DNA of 61,470 nucleotides, counting the filler, from Choristocarpus tenellus KU-1152 (Eukaryota; Protista; Phaeophyceae): assembly GCA_964200185.2 (NCBI GenBank). It is 12 parts of 12 records of this genome, joined end to end, with 100 filler letters (N's around TTAATTAATTAA, not from the genome) between each part and the next. Parts side by side here need not be neighbours in the genome. Positions count along the whole stretch, not along the records: positions 21,005 to 26,916 come from CAXNAD020009437.1; positions 27,017 to 30,799 come from CAXNAD020017952.1; positions 30,900 to 37,199 come from CAXNAD020008443.1; 9 more parts are not named here. The stretch is one strand, 5' to 3'. A program made the position numbers and the translations under genes. The number at the start of each line of letters is the position of its first letter. The first letter of the stretch is position 1. Shown here one piece after another: positions 24,001 through 37,177 of this stretch. A model generated the notes under the pieces. The model worked only from the letters and a program-made list of their open reading frames with translations. It was not told the origin of the DNA and did not search any database.

Positions 24001-26524
24001 TTATGACATTTCCATTTTTTCATTGGTGTGCTTAGGGTTAGGGTTAGGGTTAGGGTTAGGTGTGGAAATGAATTGGTGTAGATAGGCACCAGACAGACAC
24101 CTATAAAGTACTCTGCATATTGAGTATACATAGAGGTCTCTCGCATTAGATTGGACTTGGGGCGAGGATCAGGAGCACTAAGCATGACAGAGAATTGAGG
24201 GTTCGTCAAATACCAATAACCAATATACCAATATACCAATATACCAATATACCAATGTACCAATATACCAATATACCAATATACCAATATACCAATATAC
24301 CAATATACCAATATACCAATATACCAATATACCAATATACCAATATACCAATATGGACGGCATGTACTTCAGTAACCTCAAAAATGGAAGGCACGACTAA
24401 GTTATGTATTAAATTCTCAATCATCAACAGCACAACGGCACCAACACATTTTCATCACATCCTTAACGCATTGTAGGAGGAGATACATATCATTTGGGGA
24501 GACCTTCCTGAGGATTGTCCCCAGTAATCCCCAAGTCCTGAATTGCCAAACCCTGACCCATGTATTGGCCATCCTACTTCCATTTCTGTAAGGTGGACAT
24601 TATGGATTGGATTGCTTTGGGTTCATTCAAGGGGGACATAGAGGTGGTAGACAAGAGCGGCAGTGGGGTGGGAAAGATCTCTCTTGCTGTCAAGTTCGAG
24701 AGGCCAGGTGATCCAGTCGCTCATATTTTGAGGGCATACTGCACTTCTAAGTGTATGGTGTATCTTATCTCAAAGTACTAGCTCCATGTACCCCAAGTAC
24801 CCTTATGGATGATGAGATGTCCAAATCTTTCCAGTCATGTTTCTGCTCAAAGCTGAGAAATCGTCTCTTGAATATATCTTCTCCATTTTGAAAAAACATA
24901 CGTTGGATACTTCTGAACTAAATGCATGCTTGAAGATCAGGTCACTGAATGTGATTAAATTGAAGCAAGATGATGATAGTTGGGTGTGTGGATGTTTGGA
25001 ATTGTGCACCTTGCCAATAGAAAGTAATGTATTGATAAAATCAATTTGTTCCATAGACACAGACTGGAGTGCTGAGAGTTTTAAATACCAACCTACGGTG
25101 ATCCCAGCTGGAAACTTGATCACCAACCATCACATTTGCAGGTATGGGAGGGGCACCAGGCCTATCAGCCCAGCCTTCAGCCCAGCCTCTTGTGGTCACT
25201 GGATCCAGGCCAGCTGGAGCACCTCCTGTAGAGCCAACGCGGGATCCGAACAGCAAGTTCACCGATGATGAAGTTAGTACTTAACTCTCAAGGCCCCTCC
25301 ACACATTCCAGACTTCAAACCGGACTGTCTTCATTGCTAAGGCTCAACCCTCCGGCCCTAATCCACATGTTATTCTCAATTGCTTGCAATTTTTCACAAG
25401 AGGATCTCCATGTATACAATATTTTAAAATGGATCATGCCTACAGTCAAGTACTCCTACTATGTGTCTGATGTCTCATTTCAATCCAAGCCAAAGAGTAA
25501 ATTGTGCAAGTGTGCATTCCATATGGATATCCCCCCATACTGATTCGTTCTGCTTGCACTCTGAATGTACATACCACCAACCACGGACAAAACTAGTTGA
25601 CAAGCATGGAACTGGTGCTTCTATTCCAAGCATGAATGCGGTTCACCTGCATTTATTAACTTCTCAGTCGGTACTTGATAATCTAGTATCTACCACTTCC
25701 CTGCTTTAGAATTATACTCCAACCCCCACCTACCATCCTCATCGTCATCATCATCATTACTACTGTTTGTGGACAGATATATGAAGCATTTGTGGCATTC
25801 GATCTTGACAAAAACAATTTCATTGGAGCTGCGGAGATCCGCCATGTTCTGATAAACATCGGTGAACAGGTGAGCACATCAAAAATGCAAGAAGGCATGG
25901 AAAAATAGGAGTAACAGGGAGACCCGCAGGCACATCCAAATGGACACAGTGGTATCCATCTAGTCACACCAAAAGAAACAGGCAGCCCACAGGTCTAAGG
26001 AAGTGTGACATGAGATTTTCTTTGACGCCCTCCTTGGGAACCACCTTTTCCCCGCCCTCCTTGTGGAGGACATCCTTTGGTGTTTCATGAATGTATATTG
26101 GTTTGCTTCAATGTTTGCGCTCCTTCCATATTTTGGTTCTGACGTATATATTTCTTGACTAGGATGCTAATAGACTAGGATGCTAATAGACTAGGATGCT
26201 AATAGACTAGGATACTAATAGACTAGGATGCTAATAGACTAGGATGCTAATAGACTAGGATGCTAATAGACTAGGATACAAATAGACTAGGATACAAATA
26301 GACTAGGATACAAATAGAAGGTGATAGAACAAACAAGAGCTTTGTATTTATATAGTTTATCTTGTTGATGTCTTGTTCATATCTTGTTGATGTCTTCAAC
26401 TGAGTGTCTGACCCCAGCATCATCAACCCTAACCCTAATGGTATACTGAACTCTCGAAACCCAGGTCACTGATGAGGAGGTGGACGAGATGATTGGAATG
26501 GTTGACCATGATGGTGATGGACAG
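21005..26524 (+). CDS. Pro/Arg/Gly-rich C2-domain + calmodulin-like EF-hand protein, partial (exons ..21238, 22146-22267, 22855-22938, 23761-23886, 24593-24707, 25142-25272, 25777-25869, 26465-26524)
   Basis: (PPRG)n N-terminus. C2 motifs GHLIVKCVKAVDLK, ADPYCKV, GGKNPVWNEE, DKFMGEAKV. EF-hands EAFVAFDLDKNNFIGAAEIRHVL and TDEEVDEMIGMVDHDGDGQ. Splice phases consistent. Confidence 0.9.
22421..22483. repeat. Interstitial telomere-type (CCCTAA)~10 tract in an intron
   Basis: Read directly. Shorter tracts at ~22675, 22966, 23604, 24032, 26427, 57025, 57826, 58437, 58631 and 61158. Confidence 0.95.
23424..23520. repeat. 17-bp minisatellite (CTTGTGATAACATTGTT)n
   Basis: About 5-6 tandem copies. 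Confidence 0.9.
24210..24354. repeat. 8-bp microsatellite (ATACCAAT)n
   Basis: About 18 copies; it generates the spurious ILVYWYIG ORFs. Confidence 0.95.
26157..26317. repeat. 16-bp minisatellite (GACTAGGATGCTAATA)n; (GATAAT)n follows at 26576-26641
   Basis: About 10 tandem copies. Confidence 0.95.
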
Positions 26525-27016
26525 GTCAGTAGTATTAGCTGGTACTTACCACCGGTGATTTGTCACTAAACACAAGATAATGATGATAATGATGATAATG
26601 ATGATAATGATGATAATGATGATAATGATGATAATGATGATAGTTTCAAGTTGGCAAAGAAAGCTGCATGTTGTTTGTCAACAACCACCATGACATCACA
26701 CCACACTAGTCTAGTTCACTGCTGACCTATCAAGCAACTCCAGCTGGATCAATACCAGTACCAATACTGCCAACAAATCTAAGACCTCAATGTGTCTACC
26801 AACATGTTTACACTGATGCAGTACTTGGATATTGCCCAAAGTATCTGGGGTGGCGGCTGTCCATTTTGGGTCAATTTTTTCATGTCGCGATTTTTGTGTG
26901 ATTTGGTTGCATATGTNNNNNNNNNNNNNNNNNNNNNNNNNNNNNNNNNNNNNNNNNNNNTTAATTAATTAANNNNNNNNNNNNNNNNNNNNNNNNNNNN
27001 NNNNNNNNNNNNNNNN

Positions 27017-27301
27017 CTTATGATTGATTTCCCAGCTCACCACGATTAATCAGTCGCTTCAACGATTGATTTCCCAGCTCACCACAATTAATCAGTCGCT
27101 TCGACAATTGATTTCCCAGCTCACCATGATTAATTAGTCGCTTCGACGATTGATTTCCCAGCTCACCACGATTAATTACTCGACTCCACGATTGATTTCC
27201 CACGAATGCCCCGATTGTTAGTCTATTCGACGATTGATTTCCCAGCTCACCACGATTAATTACTCGATTCCATTATTGAGTTCCCAGCTAACCACGATTA
27301 A
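27017..27301. repeat. 42-bp minisatellite (TGATTTCCCAGCTCACCACGATTAATCAGTCGCTTC...)
   Basis: About 6-7 copies; the ORF track shows a 14-aa period. Confidence 0.9.
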
Positions 27302-28458
27302 ATTACTACAAAAACGATATTGTACCACATCAATTCTGTACCGCTTTTTTCGGGCATGCCCATGGGTGAACAAAATCGGGGTAGGTACTGTAGGGGGAGA
27401 GGTTGTTCAGAGTGAGGAGGACCGAAAAAGATCCACAGAAGGCAAGAAAATGGAGAAAGAGAAGACAAGAGGGAGAGCAATGCTTCAGAAGATTACTAAG
27501 GAAAGAGTGAACAAGTGAGGAAGTGAATAAGAAGGGTTTGGAAGGTCCTTCACAATGTTTGGCATGTTCCCTCAAACCACAACCTATTTACTTCAAGCAC
27601 ATGTAAACTCAACGTATAAAAACAGATGCCATAGGAAACATAGAACTTCAAGATATGTCACTTCAATGGTAGACTATTTTGGATGATGCCCTCAAGAGGT
27701 GAACACAACAGAATATGGGTATAGTGTATAGGTAAAGATCGAAATCGGAATATCTGGTATTTACAATTTGTATTGATGAACTGTTCGATGCAACAAAATG
27801 TTATTCTATATATATTTGTTGGTGTGCTGGGATGTTGAGGATTTATTGTTCAAAATCGTCATTTTATTTAGTACGATGAAATTCTTTTTCTATATATGGC
27901 ATAATTTTGTTTTGTTGGATGAAGTTCTTTTTGTGCTAGTGATGGACTATTAATATGTTCCAGAATTCTCATGTTGGAAATATTGGTATCTTTATTGGAT
28001 ATGTTTTTATCCTTCTAGAATACCAAGAAATTGTACAATACTAATGTCTATAGTTACTAAACATATTGAACGAACGAAACCTCGTAATACTGTACTCTGC
28101 CACTGTTCTCTCCTACAAGTCCTACGTCATGTTTTGCATTTTGAGTTTTGTCTTCGTGTCTCCATTTTTTGGTATATACTCCTTGAACTAATCTCACAAC
28201 CCAATCTTACAGGAGCAGGTTGAGAGGTTTAACGATATCACCAATCTGCTATAGTAGGGCTTGCGGTTCTCACATCCTGGTCCAAAGTCTTATAGACGAT
28301 GGTAATGACTGCACCTTCGTTGTCGATTTGTCTAATCTTCGTCCCCTGGTTCCTGTTCCACAATGAATCGTGACTGACAGCAGAAAAGAAATGCTACCAA
28401 ATGACCTTTTCAATGTTTAAGAACCTAACTTTCCTTTTAATTTGCTGTTACATGCTAG

Positions 28459-29230
28459 GGCATCCATGTCGCGCAGTCGGACATCAAGGGTATCCTGGGT
28501 CAACTGACTTTTCTACCTGCAGACTTTGGATGCTTCACGCAACTTTTCTTCGATATTCTGTCGACCCTGCTTGGTGTAGTTGGTGCTCTGTTCAACATGT
28601 CGTTGTTCGGAGTGCCACTGGACGCTATTAACAAGCTAGTTTACAGCCGGATCCTCCCGGGTGCAGGGATCACTCTCTTGCTTGGAAACCTGTAGTCGCC
28701 TTTCTCGAAAATGAAGATTATTGGAAGAATAATGGTGATGAACAAAACGAGATGAATCACCCCAAGTAGCCGTATATGGTCAATGGAGTCGATCTTCGTA
28801 TTCTTTTTTATATCGCGTTGGAGACTATTTGTGAACACGTTACCTTTGGGTGGTACTTGGTTTCCCAGGAGGCATACCTTTTACGAACTTCCTACAGGGA
28901 AAAAGCAATAGACGAACCGACAACTAGGACACGGAGCACACAAGGGAAAGCCAACTTAACAACTTCATGTCAATACCACATCCAACCACTAGACGTTAGC
29001 ACTGGACTCGTATGCATCAGCAACCTTGCAATACAAATGCAGTGACTTCAACCGTTCCGATTCCTCGGTTTCGGCAGCTATTACACATGGATGGCGATGA
29101 GACTATCAGCTAAGAGTGGGAGGGCGTACACAGCTCAGCCATACGGTATTAACACGCCAGGCGCCTTTGCTTTCGTCTTCAACATCATTTACCCTGTCTA
29201 CTTCTCCGGCACTGGTACTCCAGAAGAAAA
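28459..29230 (+). CDS. Xanthine/uracil/vitamin C (NCS2/AzgA-like) permease, N-terminal exons 28459-28691 and 29078-29230
   Basis: DFGCFTQLFFDILSTLLG, RILPGAGITLLLGNL|YYTWMAMRL and YTAQPYGINTPGAFAFVFNIIYPVY are characteristic of this family. The phase-2 junction is compatible. Confidence 0.8.
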
Positions 29231-30608
29231 GTAAGTGCGCGTGGATTTGACCCATGTGTGGGGTTTTGAGGAATGGAAGATATGTGCAGAGGAATTTGAG
29301 ACTTGAAAATGAACGATGTGATTACGGCACGTCAATAATAACAATAATGTCAGTTCAAGGAAGCAGGAAATTGAAAGTGTTCTGACACGTTAGTATGTTA
29401 GGGCAGCAGGCAGCTGTAGTCCCATATATTCAATGCATCATATTTCCTTTATCATATCCTTGGGATGGTGAGATTAATGTCGATTTCAAGAGCTCATAAG
29501 TGATAGAAAAAAATCTTTGGGAGGTGCTTAAGATTAGCACTTTATGTATGTATTTTTTATAGGAGTGAATTAACAATTTTCTCGACTTCTATGCACATGG
29601 TACGTCATATGCTGTGTATAGTCATGCCCCACTGGCATACGATTTGCGAGGTGATCGCAGTACGGAGAGCAGTTGTTACCTTTTCTCAACAAGCATATGC
29701 TTAAGTTTTCATAGAAAGGATGTCCCGGCTTGTTCCGAAATTATATGAGGAGAAAAAACTGGAAAAACGTTGTAGACTGATCTTCAAATTACACTGTGCA
29801 CCGTCTATGATGTCGTGGTTGTTCTCATGCAACTGTTGTGCCATCCTCCTTGCCACTGACTTTTCTTCTGGCTGCAATAACTTTATTTGGGAAAAATGTT
29901 CCAACTCGTATGGCCTTAGTCCCTACACTACAGATGTTAGTATCGTACCTATAGTAGTGTATACCACCTAGTATCAGCTCATCATGCATACTTTGACATG
30001 TTGCACATGTATCAGCGAGGGGAAAAACGCTACAAAGAACAAATGTGAGGGTCTGTATTGTTTACAAAAAAGGCGTCCCCACACGAAAACTCTTTATTGC
30101 AGAGAGATTGGTGAGTATGTATGTACTACTCTGGAGTATATCAGCTAGTGTGTCTACGAAGGAAGTTTTGATAGTACAAATAATGCTCTAAAAGTTAAGA
30201 ATAACTAAAATCTTGAGTAATAAGTGCTGTACCACCAAAGAGCAAGTTTATCCCAAAATTTGGAAGTCGATTCTATCCACTAGAGTATTATACGCATCTC
30301 TTACCCGCTACTACAGGTGACTCATCCTTTGATAGGTACCTTGATGAGTTATTCGAAACAAATTTCTGTTGAACATCTTGGTTGTATGGTCGAGTCAAGA
30401 CACTATCAACGATTAGTGCATGCTTAAAAATAGATCTGTGGATCCAAGTGTCTACTGCATTTTGTTACCTTTCTACAAATCACTTACCAGTGATTTCATG
30501 ATGAATCAATCACTGTCAAAATACAGGTGCCTAGCACGCAAAAGAACCAAAGCCTACATGGTACTGGGTCCCTGCGAAGATCGAGCAATTATATTTTTCT
30601 GCTCATTA

Positions 30609-30799
30609 TGTTACAGGCGCCCCTCAATGCTCACCTTTCCAGGATGTACAAGTCAAATCCGATTCACAGATTAACGCACGTCAGCTCAGTAGAACAGTAG
30701 TACTCTCAGGTGAATCTCAAGTAGCACAATGAAATTGTATAATCGATTTCAGAAAGAGAGCACTGAATAAGTAGGGCCCTCTGGGTCAGAAGAACTGAG
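30609..30799 (+). mobile_element. LTR-like repeat starting TGTTACAGGCGCCCCTCA (also 37300-37349 minus and 50251 plus)
   Basis: The same 5' sequence occurs at three loci and starts with TG. The 50251 copy precedes Gypsy sequence. Confidence 0.65.
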
Positions 30800-30899
30800 N
30801 NNNNNNNNNNNNNNNNNNNNNNNNNNNNNNNNNNNNNNNNNNNTTAATTAATTAANNNNNNNNNNNNNNNNNNNNNNNNNNNNNNNNNNNNNNNNNNNN

Positions 30900-31183
30900 C
30901 CAAAGTATATTGGAGGGGGGGGGGGATCTACACCAGGGTGTCCATTTGGACCAAAAGCAGGAAAAGTGCATTTACATTATCCATCCGACGTACGCAACCA
31001 AATCACCCAAAAACCGCACATAAAAAAATTGACCCCATATGGACAGTCGTCACCCCCTCCGAGATACTTTGAGCCATATTGACACTTCCTAAAAAACACG
31101 ATGGCCAAAATTATATCAAAATCGCAACATTGGATTTTAGCCCCCAACTGGACGCGGCTCTACCCTCAAAGATGTTTTGACTC
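30900..31183. mobile_element. MITE A (30900-31075) nested inside MITE B (remainder 31076-31183)
   Basis: The family-A end GATACTTTGAGCC is followed directly by ATATTGACACTTCC..., which is internal family-B sequence. Confidence 0.85.
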
Positions 31184-31539
31184 TCATCACAACCTCACAT
31201 GCATACACCTGTGTTCAATTGCTACCCTTGTACGACGCATGTCAACCATGATCGCACGCTTCTCATGGCTGTCCGTCTTGTAAGCACATTAAGCACATTC
31301 ACCAGTTAGTGCTTCTCCTGCCCATTCTGCCTCTTCTCTCAATCAGCAAAAAAAAATCCTAAAGCACCAACAAACTTTGTAGCTTGCTCAATTCATGCGA
31401 CTGACCCTGGGAATAAGAGCCTCCTTTTCTTCATTACCACTTTCATACTACTCAATTTATTTCTGTTTCTGTTTTTTACAGCTCAATGCAGAATCAGGGA
31501 TTTAGCCCAGTGGTATTATAGTGGCCTTTAAAGCAACTT

Positions 31540-33010
31540 CAGCATTTCGACCTGGTCGCGGCAATATACGTTGACCATGGAGGGGTGTAATGACAACTAG
31601 GATCTCTTGTGAAGATAAGTATTCCATCTAACAACGAGAATGTACTTGTTGTGAAAATACCTTTCGCACCCTTATCTGCTGCTGCTTGGCAAGAGAAAAG
31701 ATTGAATCCAAGATCTGGGACATGGGCGACATTTTGGAGGAGTAATTCTATCTCCTTGTTGTCATGTGACGGAAACAAGATGGTTAGATCACCATGACCA
31801 GCGATGCAAAAGGAATTTGGCTAGCAGTAACTACCCTTTGATCTCCTACACAAGGCTTGTAGTTTTTCATGGAATTTACCATACATTTGTCACGTGACAT
31901 GAAGCCGCACTGTCCAAAATCCATTCTTCCCTCTCGCGGCCAACCCCAACACTTGACACCAAACGTTCGTTTGCCCCACACTTGCCTGGAGCATTGCTTC
32001 TCATAGAGTCCCCAGTGGCGGCCAGTAGTGCGTATCGCTCGTTGTCGCCGCAGCTGGTGGTACTTTCCACAGGAATGTGGGAAGGATTCGCCTCGGTCTC
32101 GATCTCTTCTTTCCCAGACTCCACCGTAGTCATGAACACCCAAGTGCATGTTGTTGCATCATGGGCACGTCCACCACACTTGGTGCAAATGCGATTTGGG
32201 CAAGCTTTCTTTTCATGTCCATGCTTACCGCATCTCTCACAAGGAATCTTCTCGGGACGTTTTGGGTTGGAATTAGAATCATTCTTCTTTCTTCCACCAT
32301 TATATTTACGTTCGACGCTGCGACCTTGGCCGTTGCAATGAGACTGACTCTTCCCCTGTAATGAGCCGTTAACAACCAAAGCATGGCTGTTCTTGTGTCT
32401 TGAGTCCTTGCCCTGATGAAGGGAAGCATATCGCTCTCTAGCAGTTTTCTCTATGTCTGCTCAACATAGTGTTCCCTCTGCGAGGCCATCATGCGTATCT
32501 TGGTATCGTAATCTGATCCGAGAGCACTCAGGAACTGTAGGAGCAGCAGCTTGTCCGAGATGACCGGGTCCATTGATAGCATCCTCCCCCGAAGCTCTTC
32601 CAGGTGATTTAGGGTCAGGATCGGATTCGCCCCCTTCTCCACCTTTGAAGTGAAAAACTCACGGAACTAATGTTGGCTATTACCCACTGTATTAGGCATG
32701 AACCAATCATCTATAGCTCGGAAAAGCTCGCTCGGGCTTTGGTGCATATAGCACAGTGCCGTGGTGGTGGGTGTGACGAGAGCAACTGTAAGTGCATGGT
32801 CGGCCACACAGATATCATTCACACTGAAACCATCCGAGAGAAGTTCCTCATAGGAGCTTTCTCAATTGACTGGTCTTTCACTTGTCAACGACCTAAAGTT
32901 CATCTAGGGGGGGGATGTGATGATTGAAGATGAGGTCATCAATGCCAAGAAGGCATATGACGTTCTGCTTAGGAATACCACCAGCTTCTACAGGTGCATT
33001 TTTGCATTGC
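31540..33010 (-). mobile_element. Degenerate Ty1/Copia gag-protease fragment
   Basis: UBN2-like LLLQFLSALGSDYD, Zn knuckles CERCGKHGHEKKAC and CTKCGGRAHDATTC, protease WILDSAASCHVT, and LQNVAHVPDLGFNLFS. Frameshifted. Confidence 0.9.
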
Positions 33011-33117
33011 AGCATCACCATCAGAGGTGTAGAGGAAATTAAGGGAGCATTTTCTTATACATTCAAATGAGGAAATTGTTAGGTTGCAAAAATTGTGATG
33101 AATGTTAAAATGCCTAG

Positions 33118-33780
33118 GGGTCAAAGCATCTTAAAGGGTAAAGCCGAGTCTGTTTGGGTTCCAAAATCCAATGTTGCTATTTGATTCAATTTTGGCTATC
33201 GTATTTGTTGGGAAGTGTCAATATCCTTGTTTTGGACACACTTTTTCATAGTTTTATACATTCTAATTACTCCGAAACGTTTTGAAGTAGGAAAATGTCA
33301 TAAAAGCCCCGTGGGAAGCTAGACCCCAAACGGACAAACAGGGCAAAACTCCTACCCTCTTGAATACTTTGACTCTAGGGGGTCCGACCCCTAAATCACC
33401 TTTACCTACAACATCATGGTAATGGTGAGCGTTTGAGAGTCATCATACAACGTGCTGCTCGTTTGCAATGTTGGACTGGTTGGACCAGATGGCTATGATG
33501 GGACACGATATGTCGAAACAGGTCCTACAAATTGCTATACTAAGTGAAAGTATCTTAGAGGGTAGGAGGTTTTCCCTGTTTGTCCATTTGGGGCTTGGCT
33601 TCCCACGGGTTTTTAATGACATTTTACCTTCTCCGAAATGTTTAGGAGTAGGTAAAATGTGTATGTTATGAAAAGGTGTCCGGAACAAGGATATTGGCAT
33701 CTCCCAACAAATATGATAGCCAAACTTACACCAAAATTGCAACATTGGATTTTGGACCCAAAACGAACGCGACTCTTTCC
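33118..33780. mobile_element. Two MITE B copies in opposite orientation (33118-33375; 33542-33780 truncated)
   Basis: Family-B TIRs and internal sequence. Confidence 0.85.
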
Positions 33781-36700
33781 AAAATAGGACAATAGTGAGG
33801 TGTACCTTATTTTGTGTATGAGAAATGTAACTAAGGAGAGATAGTACATCCGGATTATGAATGAGAATATGTATGGGTTTTATTCTGCATTCAACTACTT
33901 TGACATAACCATGGACTTATGTATGAGGCACAAATAATAGTAAAACAAGCAATGAGAAGACACCCCACGAAGGTGACTCTTCTAATTCCATCCATTCTTT
34001 TCATGTTCAGCAAAGTGGAGATCGTGTGAGAATTCAAACTTTGTTGTCTTCACTACTGATAAAGAGCATTACCTCCCAAGGTAAGTTGCACAAGTTATGA
34101 TCCTTAGTAATATGGAGGCCGACCTGAAGAAACTTGCTGTCTGGACGGGGGCCACAGGAAGGTCATTGGAGACCTGGTCCGCTTGGAGACAGTCATTGAT
34201 AAGCCACGCGGGTGGAAAGGGGTTTTTTGCGAGATTACGACGAGGGACTACGAGAATCCTGAAACACTCACCACCATCTCGGGGGAGGCAGTGCGAACGG
34301 GACATGCCACGCATATTTAGAACAACAAGGCCTTATGGTTCCTGCTTAATGAAGCAACAAAGGGATCTGCATCGGCAATCGTTTGCACGTTAACGAAAGC
34401 GGGGGTCATCGAGACGGCAGAGGGGCCGGGCTGGAACTAGAAGGAGTCTACAGAGGACACGCGGAGGACGAGATCCCCGCGCAGGTCATCACTTTGGAGG
34501 CGAAACTCTGAGAACTACGGTTCACGGCGTCTCAGGACAGCACCGATTTTGTCGTTAAGCTATAGAGCGACTACTCGCGGAATTTGAGGAGCTGAAGGAG
34601 CCAAAATCGGAAAACATGAAGAGGTCATCTATACTTCTTGGGATCAAGGAAGCCATGCCACATGTGTTCACGCAATTAATAACGTGCCTGGAAATCATCT
34701 ATGAGGATCTCAAACGGGCAATCATTTCGTTGACAACTTACCTTCACTCAGAGCAAGATGGGCACGATGGGGTATTGGCAATGCATGGCAATCTATGGAG
34801 CGGTCATGCTTGGAAGACCAGGGGATCAGCTGTAAGTGGCTCCAAACCAAACCAATGTGCATACTGCTTGAAGATGAACCATCAATGGCGGAAGTGTCAT
34901 TCGTATTTGAATGGAGAGCCGCCTGCAACATATCCGCCTGAGATGGCACCTGCGAGAACATTTCCACCACCTCCACCTGGTGGGAGCAGCAACAGAGTCG
35001 ATGGGGATCAAGCGCGCTCTTTCTCCACTTTCAAGGTGACAGCAGACGAGGAGGTTAACAAACGTGCGGTGTTCAACTCCTCCAGTGGAAGTGGGGATGG
35101 TGCTGGTGAGCTTGGGAGATTGGTGAAGTCCCAAAAGATGCTGGCGAACAATGGTACCCGATGGAGGAAATCTCCACCAAGAACACCACAGAGCAACGGG
35201 ATCGCCGAAAGGGCGATAAAGCAACTCATGGGGGCAGCAAAGAGTCAACTGGTAAAGGCTAGGGTGGGCGAGGAGTACTGGTTCTTTGCCATCAAGGACA
35301 TCGCCTTCAAAACTGGAGGTGTGCCACACGAATACCTCAGAGGAGAGACGCCATGCGAGCGCCTAACAGGTAAATCTTTCAACTATGATAGGCTTCGGAC
35401 CCAGGGGAGCGAGTGCTATGTTCACCAGGACAAGCAGCAGAGGGGAGCCGGTTCAAAGTTTCACCCATATGCCAAGCGGGGTATAATCATTCGACACGAC
35501 CGTACATCACTGTGTGTTGGTACATCTGGCTTCCTCAAGAGGTCAAGTTGGTGACCTCAGCCCAAGTGACGTTCGATCCAGACGAACACATCATGGACTT
35601 CGTGGGGGAGAGAGACCATGACTTTGACGGATGATGAAGAGATTTGCGATACTGAAGACGACTCTGATCGGGATGTCGAATTACATACGATCCGATACCA
35701 CAAGCAAGCCAAAGTATCTTAGAGGGTAGAGCCACGTCCATTTGGGGGCCAAAATCCAATGTTGCGATTTCGATGAAATTTTGGCTATCGTGTTTGTTAG
35801 GAAGTGTCAATATCCTTGTTCTAGACGCACCTTTTTATAACGTATACATTTTACCTATTCCGAAAATTTTCGGAGTAGGTAAATGTCGTAAAAACCCTGA
35901 GGAAATCAAGCCCCAAATGGACAAACAGGGCAAAACTCGTACCCTTAAGATAATTTCACTCAAGCAACAGCCGCGAACAAGAACTCGAAAAGTTCACCTA
36001 ACGAACAACGAGGTCAGCCAGGATAGGTGAACAACCCAGGGTGGACTACAGGGATTTACACTCTGGTGATACCCAGGAACTGGGAGAGCATATAGTCAAT
36101 CTGCTCTGAGCAAGCACAGATGAAGCCTACTGTTTGATGAGCATGGGAGGTGACATCTGTTTATACTCAAGATAAAACACACAGCCAATGGAGCCATTGA
36201 AAGGTTCAAGGCCAGGCTGGTGGCACGGGGTTTTTCACAGCAAGAGGGGGTGGACTACTTCTGCACATTCAGTCCAGTGTTGGGATTTGACGTGATTCGG
36301 GTAGTCTTAGCTACAGTAGCCAACAAAAACTGGTCATCAACTCCCTAGACTTCACTCAAGCCTACCTGAACGCACCACTCCCTGAGGATGTATGGCTACA
36401 ACTGCCCCATGGGTCCATCGTAAAAGCTGCCAGGGCCATCTATGGCCTTGAGCAATCAGCAATGGAGTGATATAAGGAGCTAAAGGAAACATTCTTAGCT
36501 GAGGAGTGGGGTGTTAGCGACTTCGACGCCTGCCTATATGTGAAGAGGAGTGGAGGTGGTAGAATAGCTGTCCTCTTTCACTACGCGGATGACATCTCGT
36601 TGACTGGAGGCTTCGACGAGGAAATAAATAGGATGAAGAAGAGCAATCTGCTTACCAAGTACGAAGGACGGGACCTCGGGACCCCAGACAAGTTAATTGT

Positions 36701-37177
36701 GGGGTGGCAATCAACAGAGATGAGGCTGCCATCACACTGGACTAGCGTTTCTATGCAGAGAGCATTGATCGTAAAGGTATGGGAGCCACAGCACTACAAT
36801 GTGCAGACATCTTGACCAAAGATTACGTAAGAAGCAGGTAGAAGACTTTGTAGACACTGTGTTGACTAGAAGAATGTCGTGCGTTAAAATTGAAGCATAT
36901 TCTGCGTCCTTTTACTGCATTGACAGGATAAATGCGATGTGTGTGAGAGTTGAACAAATTCTTTTACTTCCACTCTAAAGGGGGAGTGTGCAGAATAAGA
37001 CATTTTAGGTTTGAGAGTTCCAGCAACCCTTCATTGCCTGCACTCTCATGGGGGAGTGTGCAAAACAGGACAATAGTGAGATATACCTTATTTTGTGTAT
37101 GAGAGATGTAAGTAAGGAGATAGTACATCCGGATTATGAATGGGGATATGTATGGTTTTTTATTCTGTATTCAACTA
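33781..37177 (+). mobile_element. Internally deleted, degenerate Ty1/Copia retrotransposon (5' LTR ~33781-34092, 3' LTR 37057-37177 truncated)
   Basis: The two LTRs match each other. PBS-like AGTTATGATCC, gag CAYCLKMNHQWRKC, integrase TPQSNGIAERAIK, RT FKARLVARGFSQQEGVDY / FTQAYLNA / YADD, and PPT GGGGGAG before TGTGCA. Confidence 0.92.
35706..35961. mobile_element. MITE B inserted in the Copia element, TSD AAGC
   Basis: AAGC at 35702-35705 and 35962-35965. Confidence 0.9.

Noticed and set aside
23892-24476. Repetitive ORFs (ILVYWYIG / TNIPIYQY)
   Set aside because: They are translations of an intronic 8-bp microsatellite.
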